A DNA stretch of 64,000 nt from Octopus sinensis (lineage: Eukaryota): assembly GCF_006345805.1 (NCBI RefSeq), contig NC_043019.1, positions 16,367,360 to 16,431,359 of the forward strand, read 5' to 3'. This document shows positions 10,491-24,800 of this stretch, in pieces (position 1 is the stretch's first letter; each line of letters opens with the position of its first letter). Made by a program: the position numbers and the translations under genes. Under the pieces are notes generated by a model. It did no database searches and was not told where the DNA came from. It was given only the letters and a program-made list of their open reading frames with translations.

Positions 10491-12949
10491 TTCACTTTAA
10501 AAAATATTTTGTGTATAAATATAATATATTTTATTGAAGAGACTTTCTTTTGACACACTTCTATAGCTACACACACGCGTATTTATAAACACCGTCCCAC
10601 ATATACACATACGTATATATACATATATATAATCCTTTTTTTATTTGTCCATATACATGTTTCATCTTTTTGCTGTAGACGGAACGATCGCATGTGACGA
10701 ATCATCTGTTTCTTTCGATCGCATGCATCTCCATAATACACATCTCGAATCCACACACACACACACACACACACATGAAATATAAAAGACGGAGATAAAG
10801 CATGTTTATATGTCACGTTTAGAAGGAATTATGATGGCGGCGGCGGCGGTGGTGGTGGTGGTGGTGGTGTATGAGAAAGGATACCTTGAGACCCTGGACG
10901 ACAACAATGTGATTGGTGCAAGACGATGTGCTGCAGTGACAGATATGCTGCACTGATTCCTCAAAAGAATAATAATAATAATAACAACGGTGGTGGTGCT
11001 GATGGCGAAAGTAGTAGTGGCAGTAGTAGTAGTAGTAGTAATGTGATTACAAATAAGAAGAGGAAGGCGAAAGAGAATCGAGGAGGAAGAAGAAGTAAAG
11101 AAGGAAATTATCTCCATTGGTGATGTTCGCAGAAACAGCAGCAAGACGAACATAAACAACTGCAACAGCAGCAGCTGTAAAATGGACAACATCAGCATCT
11201 GAAGCAGTTGTAAGAAGAAGAAGAGAAAGAATATTTATTTGCTAATACCAATAGCAACAAGAAGGTTGGGTACGAACGGCAAGGATTTTATTTGTGGCAA
11301 CAACCATTGTGTTTGGCAGTTAAGATCGGCATGGATAACATTTGTGGGAACAACGACGGTGTTTAATAACAATAAGAAGAAGATATTGGGAAAAATTAAG
11401 GAGACAAAAGAAAAAAACAGAATTGCGACCCTTCTTTTCGTAGCAAGGATTTTAATTTGTGGTAAGAAAGAACAAAGACACTTTTAACAACAACAGAAAG
11501 AGTATTTGTCAAAACGGAAAGGAAGGAAGAGATAGGACCACACACACACATACACACACACGCGCATGCAGACAAACAGACAGACACAAGTAGTGGAAAT
11601 TTTCAAGAACGAATGTTTTCGAAACAACAGCAGCCAACAAGCAACAGGGAACAAGAAATATTTGGATTTAATCTCCTGAAAAGTGAAACAACCTGCAACG
11701 AGGACAACAAAATAATAATAATAATAACTTATAAGGAAGGAACGTGCCAACCTCTGCCTAATCGCTCCCACTGCTAGATGTAGCAACCAAATTATCCTCA
11801 AATTTCACATTTGGAAGAAGAAGAAGAAAAATATAGATTGGATAAAGTAGTGTTCGATTAAATTGTGGTTGAGGAAAATAAAACGGAATGATGAGAGGTG
11901 AATCGGCTTTGACCATAAATCTTTTAGGTTGGTGCTGACCAACATTACTCCTGGGGACAGAGAGGCAGCTCACCGCAATATTACTGTCATAACAAAGGAC
12001 AAGACATGCTATATATTGCTGTATATGTATGTGGGTATATAAAATATATGTGATATTATATATCAGTGTTTGTGTAATGACGATAAGACAATTTAGCAAC
12101 GGGATTCTGAGAGTAACTGTTGCTTCTTCAGTCGAACTGAACATGTTGCTAACGGGGATTACATTTTCCCCGCCGCCGCCGCCGCCACGTCTCCTGGTTG
12201 CTTTACCATTTTATGGCACCGAGATTCAGACATGACGCTACAGCAGAGTTCGTCTGGCCAGGCATGGACATTCTATACAGTTCTTCCCAGTACAGCTGTT
12301 TACATGATTGATGAGAGCAACTGGCCATAATTCGGAACATTAGCAGAAAAAAACGACTCAGTCTGACATAACCAACAACACACAATTTCATTAAAACAAA
12401 ACCATCACACTATAGTGTGTGTATATATATATATACACACGCGCACATACATTCACACCTTAACAAGAATAAACATTTGCACATACATACACGTATCTAC
12501 CTGTCTGTTTACACACAAAACTACAATAATACACTGAATGTATCAAACACACACACACCGATAACAGCATATTGATGTATACATCCATTATTAACGACTC
12601 CAACAATCTATTTAATATTATACATACATACACGAACTAAATAAACTATGAAACCAACGGAGGTACCTCTATATGGTCACTAGACTCGCTGGAAATAGCT
12701 GTTGAATTCCCCGTATATCACACTCTTACCGACTTATACTTTCAAGCGAAAAGGAAGGAAATACTAAATAATGTGGCCATAAAAAAAAAAGGGATGATCA
12801 CGGCTAAAATGTGTTTTAAATCAGAACTGATCTGGTGCTGACCAACAACAACAACACAGCTACAAAGTGCGCCTGTAAAACGAAGGCAAAGCCAAGAACG
12901 ATCCTAAGAAACTGAAGAGTAGAAACAAAGACGGCGCGCCTGCAAAGAG

Positions 12950-13202
12950 ATGGCAGACGGCTACAAGAGACAGTTTTTATTGATGGTGCTGTGTACATCG
13001 TTATGGTTGGAACAGATGTTGGTAGAGTCTTATGACGGTCACCAACGAGACGATGGTCAGCAGCAAGGACAGTATAGCAATCATTATCATCACAATCACA
13101 ACCATCATAATGATTATCACCATCCTTATGACGGCAGCGACCTGTCCGTTTGGTTGGAGAAACACAGACTTGCCGAGTACACGGACTTATTGTCATCAGC
13201 GG
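12950..13202 (+). CDS. AREL1: Exon 1: putative signal peptide, His-rich linker, start of SAM-like repeat 1
   Basis: ATG in GAGATGG context; donor G|GTAAGT at 13203; phase 1 matches the exon 2 acceptor (G+GC=Gly). No vertebrate homology recalled. Confidence 0.72.
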
Positions 13203-13939
13203 GTAAGTACAGATGAGTGTTTCGGGGTTCTGTTCGTTTGGGGTTTGGCATTTTAGGGTTACGACTTCCACCTGGTGACGGAGGAAATTTGATCAATGTC
13301 GCGAGCTTTTCGGGGTTAAAGTTCAAGAAGTTGTTTGGAATGGGGAACGGTGATTTGGCGGGGAAGGGACGAGAGCTTGGGCTTGGATTAATCGTCTCTC
13401 GCAAGCTATTGTGTTGCTAGAGATTAATAGTTTGCCAGATAGGATTAAAATTGGACAGCTTTTTTTGGTTTTGTTTTCTTTTTTCAAAGAAAGCCTTGTT
13501 AATAGTATTTAGGGTAGCCTTTACAGCTGGTGGTCTGGTTGTGAGAATTAACTTTGGGTATTGTTTTAGATTAAGGGTTTAGAAGGTGGGTCATATTTGC
13601 ATTTTCGAGTAAGAATTTAATGGTGCTTTGAAGGGATTAGGTTGTGATTGTGTTGTGAGAGTTAGGGCATAGGACATAGATATAGTGGTTGGCAGGGTGA
13701 GGACTTGGAAGTGTTCAGTTGGGGGTTGGGTAATTTTTTCAGACACTATTCAGAAGTTAATGCGTTGTCTTTAACTTTTGGGCATTTCTAAAGCACCATA
13801 TAATTCTCACAGAACCAAATCTACCTTCGTTTTTTTATATATTTTTTATTTGTTCAGTTTGGAGAAAGGGGCAGTGCCCAAGACCTTTGCAGGACCTCAA
13901 AGACAGGTCTGTCTAGTACTATTAATGTTCCATTTAAAC

Positions 13940-14168
13940 CAAAGGGTTGCAACCAGGGTCCATATAAGATTTTGTGGTTAAAATTTATTTGCAATAAATT
14001 GCTTATAATTCTGCAAAACTCAAAATATTTTAACAATTTTTTTTATACAATTCCTAATGATATGAAAATATAGAATTTTTTAAACATTGAATGGCTATGG
14101 GGGTCCGGCGGAGTTAGATAGGAATCAAAATGGTTCATAGGTAAAAGAAAAAAACGGTTGAGAGCCAC
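13940..14168. mobile_element. Diverged hAT-like MITE (same family as 26228-26473)
   Basis: Shares an internal sequence (GGTCCATA..AAATT..TTATAATTCTGCAA..TTTTTTATACAAT.CCTAAT) with 26228-26473. Ends GGTTGAGAGCCAC. Confidence 0.6.
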
Positions 14169-15610
14169 AGATTTGAATTATTGCAGGTGTTAAGTTTCCA
14201 GTGGGATGATGTGCTGGAAGAGAAAGGATGGCTAGTGTGGGACCAAAGGGATTGGACACATCAAGAGGTGCAAAGAGGTGTGGGTGAAGAGGTGTGCAAG
14301 CATTGGAGTGATGAGACTGACCAGCTCTGAGGAGCAGGGGCCATTATAGGACAGATTAATCAGTATCTGCTAAGATTTCATGAGCACGTATCTTTATTGA
14401 TTTGTTTCAGTCATGGCCATGCTGGGGCACTGCCTTGAAGGGTTTAGTCAAACACATCAACTCCAGTTTTTAAGACTAGTATTTATTCTAGTTGGTCTCT
14501 TTTGCTGAACTGCTAGGTTCATGTCGTGTAAACAAACCAGCTGTTGAGTGGTGTGTGCATAGGAAAAACAGAAATACAAAAACTTACCTGTGTGTGTGTA
14601 AAACAAATTAAAAAGGGGGGCTTATTAGCAATTAGAACCTAAAGGCCAAAATTAATAAAGGGTCCTGACTAGCACCGCTTTTGCTAAAGATAAGAGTTAA
14701 ACTAACTCAAAGCCACATAAGCACTGAACTTAATGATAAAGGGAAGTCCTCAGTGTACAAAGCCGCATCACAATTTCGGATTTTGGTCCCTTTCTTGTAT
14801 CACCCAACTGTCCAGATGTTAACATATTTCTATTATATACACACATATATATTATTCTACACAGGTAGATATATAGAAAAAAGAAGTTGAAAAAGCACTG
14901 GGATTTGTTCAGATTTTTTATTTTTAAATGTTTAAAGACTGAAGCAGTTTCACAGATTTCTTTAATTTTCAAAAGTTGAGATAGAAAGACATGGAGTCAT
15001 GCAGCGACTCTCTTGGAATTCAAAAATTCCCTTGTTTTCAAAGAGAGGACATGGCTCAAATTAATATCTGTTTGGGATCGTCATTAGACATGATCACTCA
15101 AGCGTGTGATGTTTAGTGCCAACATGTAGTCACCTGATAATAATGCACAAGAATTCCTAAGGCTAATCAAGTGATCTTCCTCCACCACATTTGACAAATA
15201 AAATTCAGGTAGCTTTGATTATTTGGGCTTGTCACTTGATGCGTTCACTCAACCATGGCAGATTTAACTTACTGCACCAAACACATGGACATTGGACAAA
15301 GTAGGTATAAATATATATAAAGCATGAATAATAGGCTTTATACATTTATTTGTACATTATAGAATTACAGCTATTTCAGGTGTTATGCATTCTGGGTGTG
15401 TTCACTGGTTCAGTTTAATCCAGTGATCAATGGTCAAAGTACAAGGTAAAAGAATGGAAGAAAAGAGGAGAAAAGAAAGAGAGAGGAAGGAATATAGAAT
15501 TATGTCACCTGTTTCTCACCTTTGGTCATTTGTCCTCTCTTACCATATTTGAATAGTATCAACATTTTGTGTTGACATTTAATAACTTACTACTTCATTA
15601 CTACTTATCT

Positions 15611-15673
<63 letters not shown>

Positions 15674-18600
15674 AAGAGAGAGACAGACAGACGTATGTAT
15701 ATATTATCACACAAATATATATGTACATACATATGAGAGGGTGGGGGCTGAAAAATTCCTGGCTCTAAGGGTATCATGAAAGGCCTGGTTGGAGGCCCAC
15801 CCTTCCAAGTTCTCTTACAAGGACTGCTGCAATAAGTGTGTAAATCTGAGACAGAAATATGTTGAATAAAATCATAATTCACTGAGCCTCCTACATTTTC
15901 TTCTACCCAAAGCCAGGAACCTTTCAGCACCACCCCTCATGTATGTGTGTGTGTATTTATATATGTATATGTGTATATATATATAGAGAGAGAGAGAGTG
16001 AGAGGTATCTCGAGGCATGCTGTGGAATTTCTATTTTGGATATATTTGGGGTACTTAAGTGTACTCATGACTTAGTGTTTACTTCTTCCATGGGTACAAG
16101 TAAGTATCTCATTTATTTTCTTATCGTATTTATCGCTGATGACGAGAAAATTCTAAATGAATTAACTCAGAAATTGAGACCAATCCAGCTCTCTGGTCTT
16201 GCCAGTTCCTATCAGACTGTCCAACCCATGCCAGCATGGAAAACTGACCTTGAATGATGATGATGATGACACAGAGCTAGCTGAGAGATATGATATTCTT
16301 CTCATTGGTAAATAATCATGCATTAATGATTTATTAATGTTCATAACATGTCAAACCATTAGCCATCTAAATGATCAATTATCTCCAAATGTCTTCAGTG
16401 CAACAGTGTAAGCTGTTGCCATATTTATTATACTCTTGCCTACTCTTCCCTCCACCACTGGCCTCAACAACCTTCGCCTCCCACCGAGTCACCAATCATA
16501 ATAATAACTTTACTGGGGTCAGCCTCATTCCCAGCTGCCTCAAACTACCACCCTAAGATTCTCTCTCTCCCCCTATCCCTCTCTGTTTCTCTTTGTCTTC
16601 ATATCACTTGATTTGTTGTAAATGAATGTCATTCGTTTCCCTGTTTTCTGCAAGAACATCCAAGGCCAAAGGGAAATATTACGTTGCTTGGAAACAAGTA
16701 AGGGTTGGTGACAGGGAGAGCACCTGGCCATCGAATCCCTGCCTCAATAAACTCCATCCGACTGCTGCAAGCAGGGAAAAGTGGAGGGTAAAATGATGAT
16801 TTGGATAAGTGGGCCGTGCCCATAGTTTTTGCTCACGATAGGGGATTAGTGGAATTAATGTGGCTTAGATTTTTCAGAGTGCATCCATTCTGAGGAGGAA
16901 GTCCTTGACAGTCATTATTGTGGGTCCTGGTCAGAGTGGGAGCAAAATAAGGTTGATAAGAAAAGTGGAATAATAAGAGTGCCTCGGTGAAGATGGCCCA
17001 GACAAACCAGTTAGCACTGCACAACACAGAGGTCCTTGCTCTGGCTGTAGAAATGGCAGCCACAGGGTGGAGCAGTGTTTTGATCCGCAGATTTCTAGCA
17101 ATCAGCCAAGAAGCCTGGCTGTGTCTTCACAGGAATGTTATCTGCGTGTCTGGTCACAACTCTTCTCTGTTTATCTTTTCTGCCCTTTTTGGACTTTATA
17201 TTTTGGTCCAATTCCTTGAGAGGTGTTATTTTGATTATCTTGGTGCAACTAAAGAGCAAACGCAAAAAGGATTATTGCTCTTATAAAAAAATGGGATAAA
17301 AAAAGGAACTGAAGTGTTTTTGGCCATACGGCAAGAACACAAAGAAGGCGCGAGAAACGGCAAACGGTGGAGAGAAATATCTAGAACAAACTGAGATAAG
17401 ATCAACTAAACCTTTTAAGTGGCAGAGAAAAGACCCGGGTGGAGCTCCTTGGTGTTAAACCTGCTGAGTGCAGATGAGGTCTCATAAGGATGAGGAATAT
17501 AAATAAATTATATTTTTTGTTTCTTTCTGAAACCATATTCGTTTCCAAGGCACCAAGCGGGGACTCTGTCTGAGTGTTTCCTTCAGATTGTTTTACGCTA
17601 ATTTCCTTTTGCCATATTTAGAGTGCGCACACACACACACACACATGCATGCATGCACATATGCACACACACACATTCATCTATTTATCTATTCTTTTAC
17701 TCTTCTACTTGTCTCATTCATTGACCTGTGACCATGCTGGGGCAATCCTTCCAAAGGATTTTCTTTGTTCCTGTCGATGCCAATACTTATTTTAATTTTA
17801 CTGATTCCTTTTAGAAAAAAAATGTAGAATATACCAAACAGTGGTATCAACCCCCAGAACCCACATGGCAACAAAATCCCAGGCTCGGTTTGTTTGTTTT
17901 GGCAAGGTTGTTACTACAGCTGGATGCCCTTCCTAACACCAACCATTTTACAGTGTGTGGACTGGGTGCTTTTGTGCAGCCCTGGCACAGGATGGGCCTC
18001 ACAGTGACCCAGACCTTTTGCCAAAACAATGGGCTTGAGGAGAAGATCCATCAAGCCAAATGAAACCATAGTCATGGCTGATGCCAGTGTCACATAACTG
18101 GCACCCATACTGGTGGCACATAAAAGCACCCATTCTGGTGACGCTTGAAAGTATCCATTACATTCCTGGAACAGTTGGTTTTAGGAAGGGCATCCAGCCA
18201 TAGAAACCATTCCAAATTAGGCAGCGAGCTAGCAGAGGCTTTAGCACACCAGGCGAAATGCTTAGCGGTATTTCGTCTGCCGTATGTTCAAATTCTGCCA
18301 AGGTTGACTTTGCCTTTCATCCTTTCGAGGTTGATAAATTAAGTACCAGTTATGCACAGGGGTCGATGTAATCAACTTAATCCTTTTTTTCACTCCTTGT
18401 TTGTCCCCTCTATGTTTAGCTCCTTGTGGGCAATAAAGAAATAAGAAACCATTCCAAATCAGACTGAAACCTGGTGCAGCTTTCTGGTTTACCAGTTCCA
18501 GTCAAACCCCTTTTAGCCCTTGCCAGCATGGAAAGTGGACGCTAAAGAATGATGTGTGTGTGTGTGTGTGTGTGTGTGCATTTATTTGTATACTACCCCA

Positions 18601-19190
18601 TTCATTGAATGGCAGAATTATTTAACCGTTTTCATATTTCTTTTGAACTACAGTGGTGTGCCATCATGTGTCTGTGTGTTTGTGTGTGTGTTTCCTTGTT
18701 TTGGCATCACATGGTAATTGTAAGTGAGTGTCGTTGTTCATACAAGAAATACCATTCACTTATAATATTCCATGAAAAATGTCTCTGACCATTGGGAAAT
18801 ATTACCATTCCTGGAAACAGGTGGGGGTTGGTGACAGGAAGAGCACCCAACCATAGAAAATCTGCCTCAGTAAATTCTGTCTGATCCTTACATGTATGGA
18901 AAAGTGGATGGTAAAATAATGAAAGGGATTATTGTTGTTGTTGTTGTTATTATTAAGAAGGCAGTGAGCTGGTAGAATCTTTAGTACACTGGGCGAAATA
19001 CTTAGCAGTATTTTGTCTGTCTTCACACTCTGAGTTCAAATTCCACCAAAGTTAACTTTGCCTTTCACCCCTTTCGTAGTCGATAAAATAAGTACCCATG
19101 AAATACTAGGGTCAATGTAATCGACTAGGTGCCTCCTCACAAAATTTCAGGCCTTGTGTCTTTAGTAGAAAGGATTATTATTATTATTAT

Positions 19191-19979
19191 ATCATTCTGA
19201 AAGACTCTCGGATAAACCTTAATTACCAGTTATTCTTTACTTGAAAGCAGGCAATAACAAATCACAAAAGGTTTCAAGTAGTGCATTCTCCTGTGACTCA
19301 AAGAGACAATACTCTCCTTAGAATGCCAGCCGTACCCAACAATGCTTTCTTCTGGATCACTTTCAGCCTGACAGCAGCTCCAATATGCTCTTCAAAGCCT
19401 TTGGAAACTGCTCCTAATGCTCCAATTACAACTGGTATCACCATTACTTTCCTCATGCCCCATAACTTTTCTATCTCATCCTGCAGTGGCTGGTATTTCT
19501 CAATCTTTTTTGTTTCCCTACATTTCACCCTCCAGTCGCCTGGTATTGCAACATCTATTATCTATGCTTCTTCTTCATCTATATGGATGATCATGATATC
19601 TGGCCGTCTCGCCTCAATGACTTGGCCGCACTGCATGTTAAAATCCCAGGGTATTTTGTAATGTTTATTTTCCATGACTCTCTCTGGCTTGTGTTCACAC
19701 CATTGTTCGGCTCACTCGAGGTTTGCTTTACCACACAACAGCCAGTGGACATATCTGGCCACATTGTCGTATCTCCTTTTGTATTTGTGTTGTGCGAGCT
19801 TACAGCACTCACTAACAATATGGCTTATACTTTCTCCCTTCCCAGAGCAAATCCTACACTGTAGCGGGTCAGTGCTTTTATCAATGTGATATTTGGAGTA
19901 GTTTGTTCTGAGAGCTTGTTCTTGAGTGATGCCTCAATGGGCCCTTTTAAGTCTCCTTTCTGCAGCCGTTGCTAGGTTC
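19191..19979 (-). mobile_element. 5'-truncated R4/Dong-clade non-LTR retrotransposon (zinc knuckle and restriction-like endonuclease remnant)
   Basis: Peptides ESISHIVSECCKLAQHKYKRRYDNVARYVHW, RRPDI..IIDVAIPGD and KIEKYQPLQDEIEKLW..IPVVIGALG..ALLGTAGILRRVL. (ATT)n tracts flank both sides. Confidence 0.85.
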
Positions 19980-21424
19980 TATTATTATTATTATTATTAA
20001 GCTAGACATAGACGTGGCTGTGTGGTAAGAAGCTTGCTTCCCAACCATATGATTCCAGGTTCAGTCCCACTGCCTGGCAACTTGGACAAGTGTCTTCTAT
20101 TGTAGCCTTGGGCCAACCAAAGCCTTTTGAGTGGATTTGGTAGATGGAAACTGAAAGAAGCCCTCACATATATATATATGTATGTATTTGTGTGTCTGTG
20201 TTTGTCCCCCCCCCCCCATTGCTTGACGATCAGTGTCGGTTTGTTTATGTCCTTATAACTTAACAGGTCAACAAAAAAAGACCAATAAAATAAGTACCAG
20301 GCTTAAAAAAGAGCAAGTACCTGAGTCAATTTGACTAAAACCCTCGAAGGTGGTGCCCCAGCATGGTCACAGACTAAGGACTGAAACAAGTGAAAGATAC
20401 AAAACAAAGTGGTTGGAACATAAATTCCTTTGAAATTTCCGTGGAAAATTTTAATTTTGATTTCTTTAAAAACATGAAATTTGTAGAAGAGGAACAGTCT
20501 TGTGTGGGTTAGCATCAAAAGGGTTTAAGTGTTTCACAAAATACATGTTGGTGTTGGTGTTTAACTGTCCAGCAATCCCTGCCCACCCCATTCATTTGTA
20601 TCTGACCCTCTATTTCTTCTTTTAGTTTGTAAGATGACATTGTATGATTTGAGGAGAATTTGGCTGCTCTTTCGAGCAATTCAAGCCACCAGGCAGAAAC
20701 CCCCATATTGGAGAAATTATTTTGTATTATTTGCATAAATTCCTTATGTTCTGAGTATGAAACTTTGCCTCTCATTCTTGGCTATGAATGCCTGTTAAAC
20801 TGAAGGAGGTGCCCCAGCATGGCCACTGTCCCATGACCGAAACCGGTAAAATGAGTAAAGGAATATATATTGATATAGACGTGTGTCTTTCCTGTCCCAT
20901 ATTCACGTTGTACCTGGACCTCACATCTCTTTCGTTCCAGGTGGGAAAGCCATGTATTTACCTCTTCAGCAAGACCCTCCTCGCTCCTCTCCCGACCTTG
21001 CTCCTTCAGACTACCATTTGTTTCATAGTTTACAGAGTCATTTGGGGGACATAACTTTCACAAGCCAGGAAGAGGTCGAAACTGACATTCCAGAGTTCTT
21101 TGCTTTGAAACCAAAAGAGTTTTGCATTGATGGGATTAAAAAGGTTGTAAATTGATGGAAGAAAGTCATAGATAATCAGGGAAAGTACATTGATGATTAA
21201 ATTTCAATTAAATATAACATTTGATCACTTGTTTTCTTTATTCAAAATTCGGACAGAAATTATGGGATGACCTGATATATGCATACACACACACACACAC
21301 ACGTAGAAACCATGCCAAATCAGAGTGGAGTCTGGTGCAGCCTTCCAGCTTGCCAGCCCTGGTCAAACCGTCCAACCCATGACAGCATGGACAACAGATG
21401 CTAAATGATGATGATGATGATGAC

Positions 21425-21457
<33 letters not shown>

Positions 21458-21483
21458 TGCGCACACAGAGTGAGAGATATCTC

Positions 21484-21897
21484 TCTTTCCATATACTCTT
21501 TTACTTGTTTCAGTCATTTGACTGCGGCCATGCTGGGGCACCGCCTTTAGTTGAGCAAATCGACCCCGGGACTTATTCTTTGTAAGCCTAGTACTCATTC
21601 TATCAGTCTCTATTGCCGAACCGCTAAGTGACGGGGACGTAAACACACCAGCATCGGTTGTCAAGCAATTTTGGGGGGACAAACACAGACACACAAACTC
21701 ACACACACATATATATATATATATATACATATATACGATGGGCTTCTTTCAGTTTCCATCTTCCAAATCCACTCACAAGGCTTTGGTTGGCCCGGGGCTA
21801 TAGCAGAAGACACTTGCCCAAGGTGCCGCGTAGTGGGACTGAACCCGGAACCATGTGGTTGGTTAGCAAGCTACTTACCACACAGCCACTGCTACAC
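21484..21897 (-). mobile_element. Full-length SINE family B
   Basis: Reverse complement of the 37520-37920 copy over its whole length, with a tRNA-like head (TGGCTGTGTGG / GGTTCAGTCCC). Confidence 0.9.
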
Positions 21898-24800
21898 CTA
21901 TATATATATGTGTGTGTGTGTGTATGTGAGAGAGACTGACACACAGACAGACAGTAAGAGCTGTTGCATGTTTCTCCTTTTTTTATTATTTAACCCCCCT
22001 CCCCCCATCCCCATCCAATTCTTTTCGCCAATTATTTTTCAAACAAATGTTGCCTGTGATATGTTTTAAGCACCACATTTCTAGTGTATGGGTGGGTGGC
22101 CATGGGTGTATTCATATTTTTGTTCCTGTCCATTTCCATGTTACTCCCATGTCTTTCATTGATTCGTTATGTTTTTTATTGCTTTTTTATTGTATAATAA
22201 CGAGGATAATAACAACTCATTTCAGGCCGTAACACTTCTCCCGTTGTGTTTGTTGTCTTTTGTTGTGGTTTGTGTTCAACTCTGGCTTTTCTCAAGTAAA
22301 TACCATCGACCAACAACAACAACAACAATAAAAAAATGTTTGAAAAGGAAGCAAGACAAATAAAAAAAATATTTTACTTTTTTATTTTAAATATTTGTGT
22401 GTTATTTCGGTTGATTTGCGGTTTGTAATTGCGGCCTCTCTTTATTTGCTAAATAAGCTTTATTATTCAGGAATAAACAAACGATTATTTGATTGTGGCT
22501 GACCCACAAGAAGGAAAGATGTAGAAAAATGTATTTAAGGAACAAAAAAAAAAAAGAAAAGAAAATTTTTACAATGCTATGGAAGGCAATAAGTGCATTA
22601 ATTATTCGACCATTTTCCTGTGAACAAGCATTCTTTTACTCTTTCACTTGTTTCAGTCACTGGACTGGGGGGGGGGGGCATACTGGAGCACCGCCTTGTA
22701 ATGGTTACCCCAGTATTTATTTTTTAAAGTCTAGTTCTTAATCTATTAGATCTTTTTATCAACCTGCTACATTAAAGGGACATAAATAAACCAACACTGG
22801 TTATCAAGCTATAGGGGAACAAACACACACACACACACATGCAAATAATAAGTCTCTCAAAAATTTCTGTCTGCCAGATTCATTCTGAAGGCATTGATTG
22901 GCCCAGGACCACAGTAAAAGATACTTGCTCAAGGTGCATGCTGTGAGATTGAACCCCTACAAACCCAGTCAGCTGCAAAGCTGTCTTCTTAAACCACACT
23001 GCTGGCACACCGGCACCTATCATATACAAAAGTCACATGGATGAATCTCAAGGGCTTTCTTCGTCCCATATACTCCCATCCACCCTTCTATAAATGCAGG
23101 GTAGCCATGTATCTTCTGCTTGTCCCTACCACCAACTCAAACACTTAACAGGGGGTTTCCTCTTTCTTATTCTTTGTCCTGCAAAGTTACCTGGCAGCCC
23201 CACTAGTGCCAGTGGCATGAAAAAGGCACTCAGTAGACACTTTGTAAAGTGGTGGGCATTAGGAAGGGCATCCAACCATAGAAACCATGCTGAAACTGAC
23301 ATGGAATATGATGCAGCTCTGTGGGTTCACTGGATCCCATCAAACTGTCCAACCCATGCCAGCATGAAAAGCGGACGCAAACCCTTTTAGCATTCGGATT
23401 CCTCTGTCAAGTCTAATGTTTATTTAGTCTCTTGGTTTTAATCTCACTTTGTCTTGTAGCTTTGAGACATCAATGATGTGGTTGTCTGTTTTAAGAATGA
23501 CATTGCAAGGTAGGTGTGAGATGCCAGATGTGGCGTGCCTGTCTATACATCTGAAACTCTTGTTATGTTTTATACATAAAGAATTGGTAGGGATGAAAGT
23601 TGAATGGAGAAATCCTGAAGATTGCTTGGATACAACTTTTCAAGTTTTCTATCTCATTGTCTGAAATGGCTCCAAGAAGTTTTTTTTTTTTCATAGCTGG
23701 ATGTCAGAAGCTTCTAATCAAAGAGTGTGCGTCTTGGCACTGATGATGCAAATGGTACTTAAGGTGTCAGTGGCGATTTGTGGGGTTTCAAAAATGAAAA
23801 GCTTATAACTGAAAGAGTATATGTTTAGCATGCATGTACTCTCGTTCAGGCTGTTGCTTTTCAAAAATGTTAGAATTATATAAAAATCAAATTTGCTATA
23901 TATATGTAATTGCCTCTGTGTGTGTGTGTGACCCCCATATTTGTATAGAGAGAAAGCAATATATGTATACAATCTTTCAAGCTGTTTCTCATAAAAAACA
24001 ATTTATATTAAAATCGAATTTGTTATATGTATGTACATATATATGTGTGTGTATTATATATATATGTTCCATGCCAGCATACACACACATCTCTGTATGT
24101 GAGTTTGTGTGTGTGTGTATGTATATTATATATATGTTCCATGCCAGCATACACACACATCTGTGTGTGTGTGTGTGCCATATGTACTTGAGCTGTTTCT
24201 CATAAAAAAGAGAAAACTTTACAGATCGAATTTGTTCTTTTCACTCCTTGAAGAAATGTCAACACCTGGTAGGTGTTGAACATGTTGGAATTTATATGGC
24301 CTGCCTTGATTCGTTACCATTCCTATTATGACAGTAACAGATGATAATGGTGTTCCTTTGTATAATATTTTTTCAGCCTCCTTTGTCTTCTCATGTCAAC
24401 AGTCAGTGACTGGTTCTTTAAGTTGCCACTACTTCATTAATTTCCATGGTGGTATCGAGAGATTATTTCGCTCTTTAAACCAAACTTCTTTGCTGCTTGG
24501 CCACAAATGTTGGTAAGGTTTTGGCTTGTTCAACATCTATCTGTAGTGGTATCCAAGTTTCCAAATTTCTTTTTCATCACTAATTTGCTATTCCCAAATT
24601 CAAACTCAAGGTTTCATACACTTTTGTCTTTACCTTTTAAAAAATTTTTTTTATTTAAAAAAAGAAATATTTTACAGTTTGCTGGATTAGTTATGTCTGT
24701 CCAGTTATTTTGCTGAGCAGTCTCTGTCCAGGCTGCCTGTTGCCAGATTACTCTCATTTACCGATCTTACACACACCTCTGAATGTGTGTATAAATTGTG

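Noticed and set aside
10806-11198. 130-aa minus-strand ORF with a hydrophobic N-terminus
   Set aside because: It is composed largely of triplet microsatellite translations (T, I, A runs), with no recognisable domain or splice partner.
12203-12391. 62-aa minus-strand ORF ending near a GT as a possible first exon of a divergent gene
   Set aside because: No recognisable protein, and no downstream minus-strand exons found to the left (that region is all transposon remnants).
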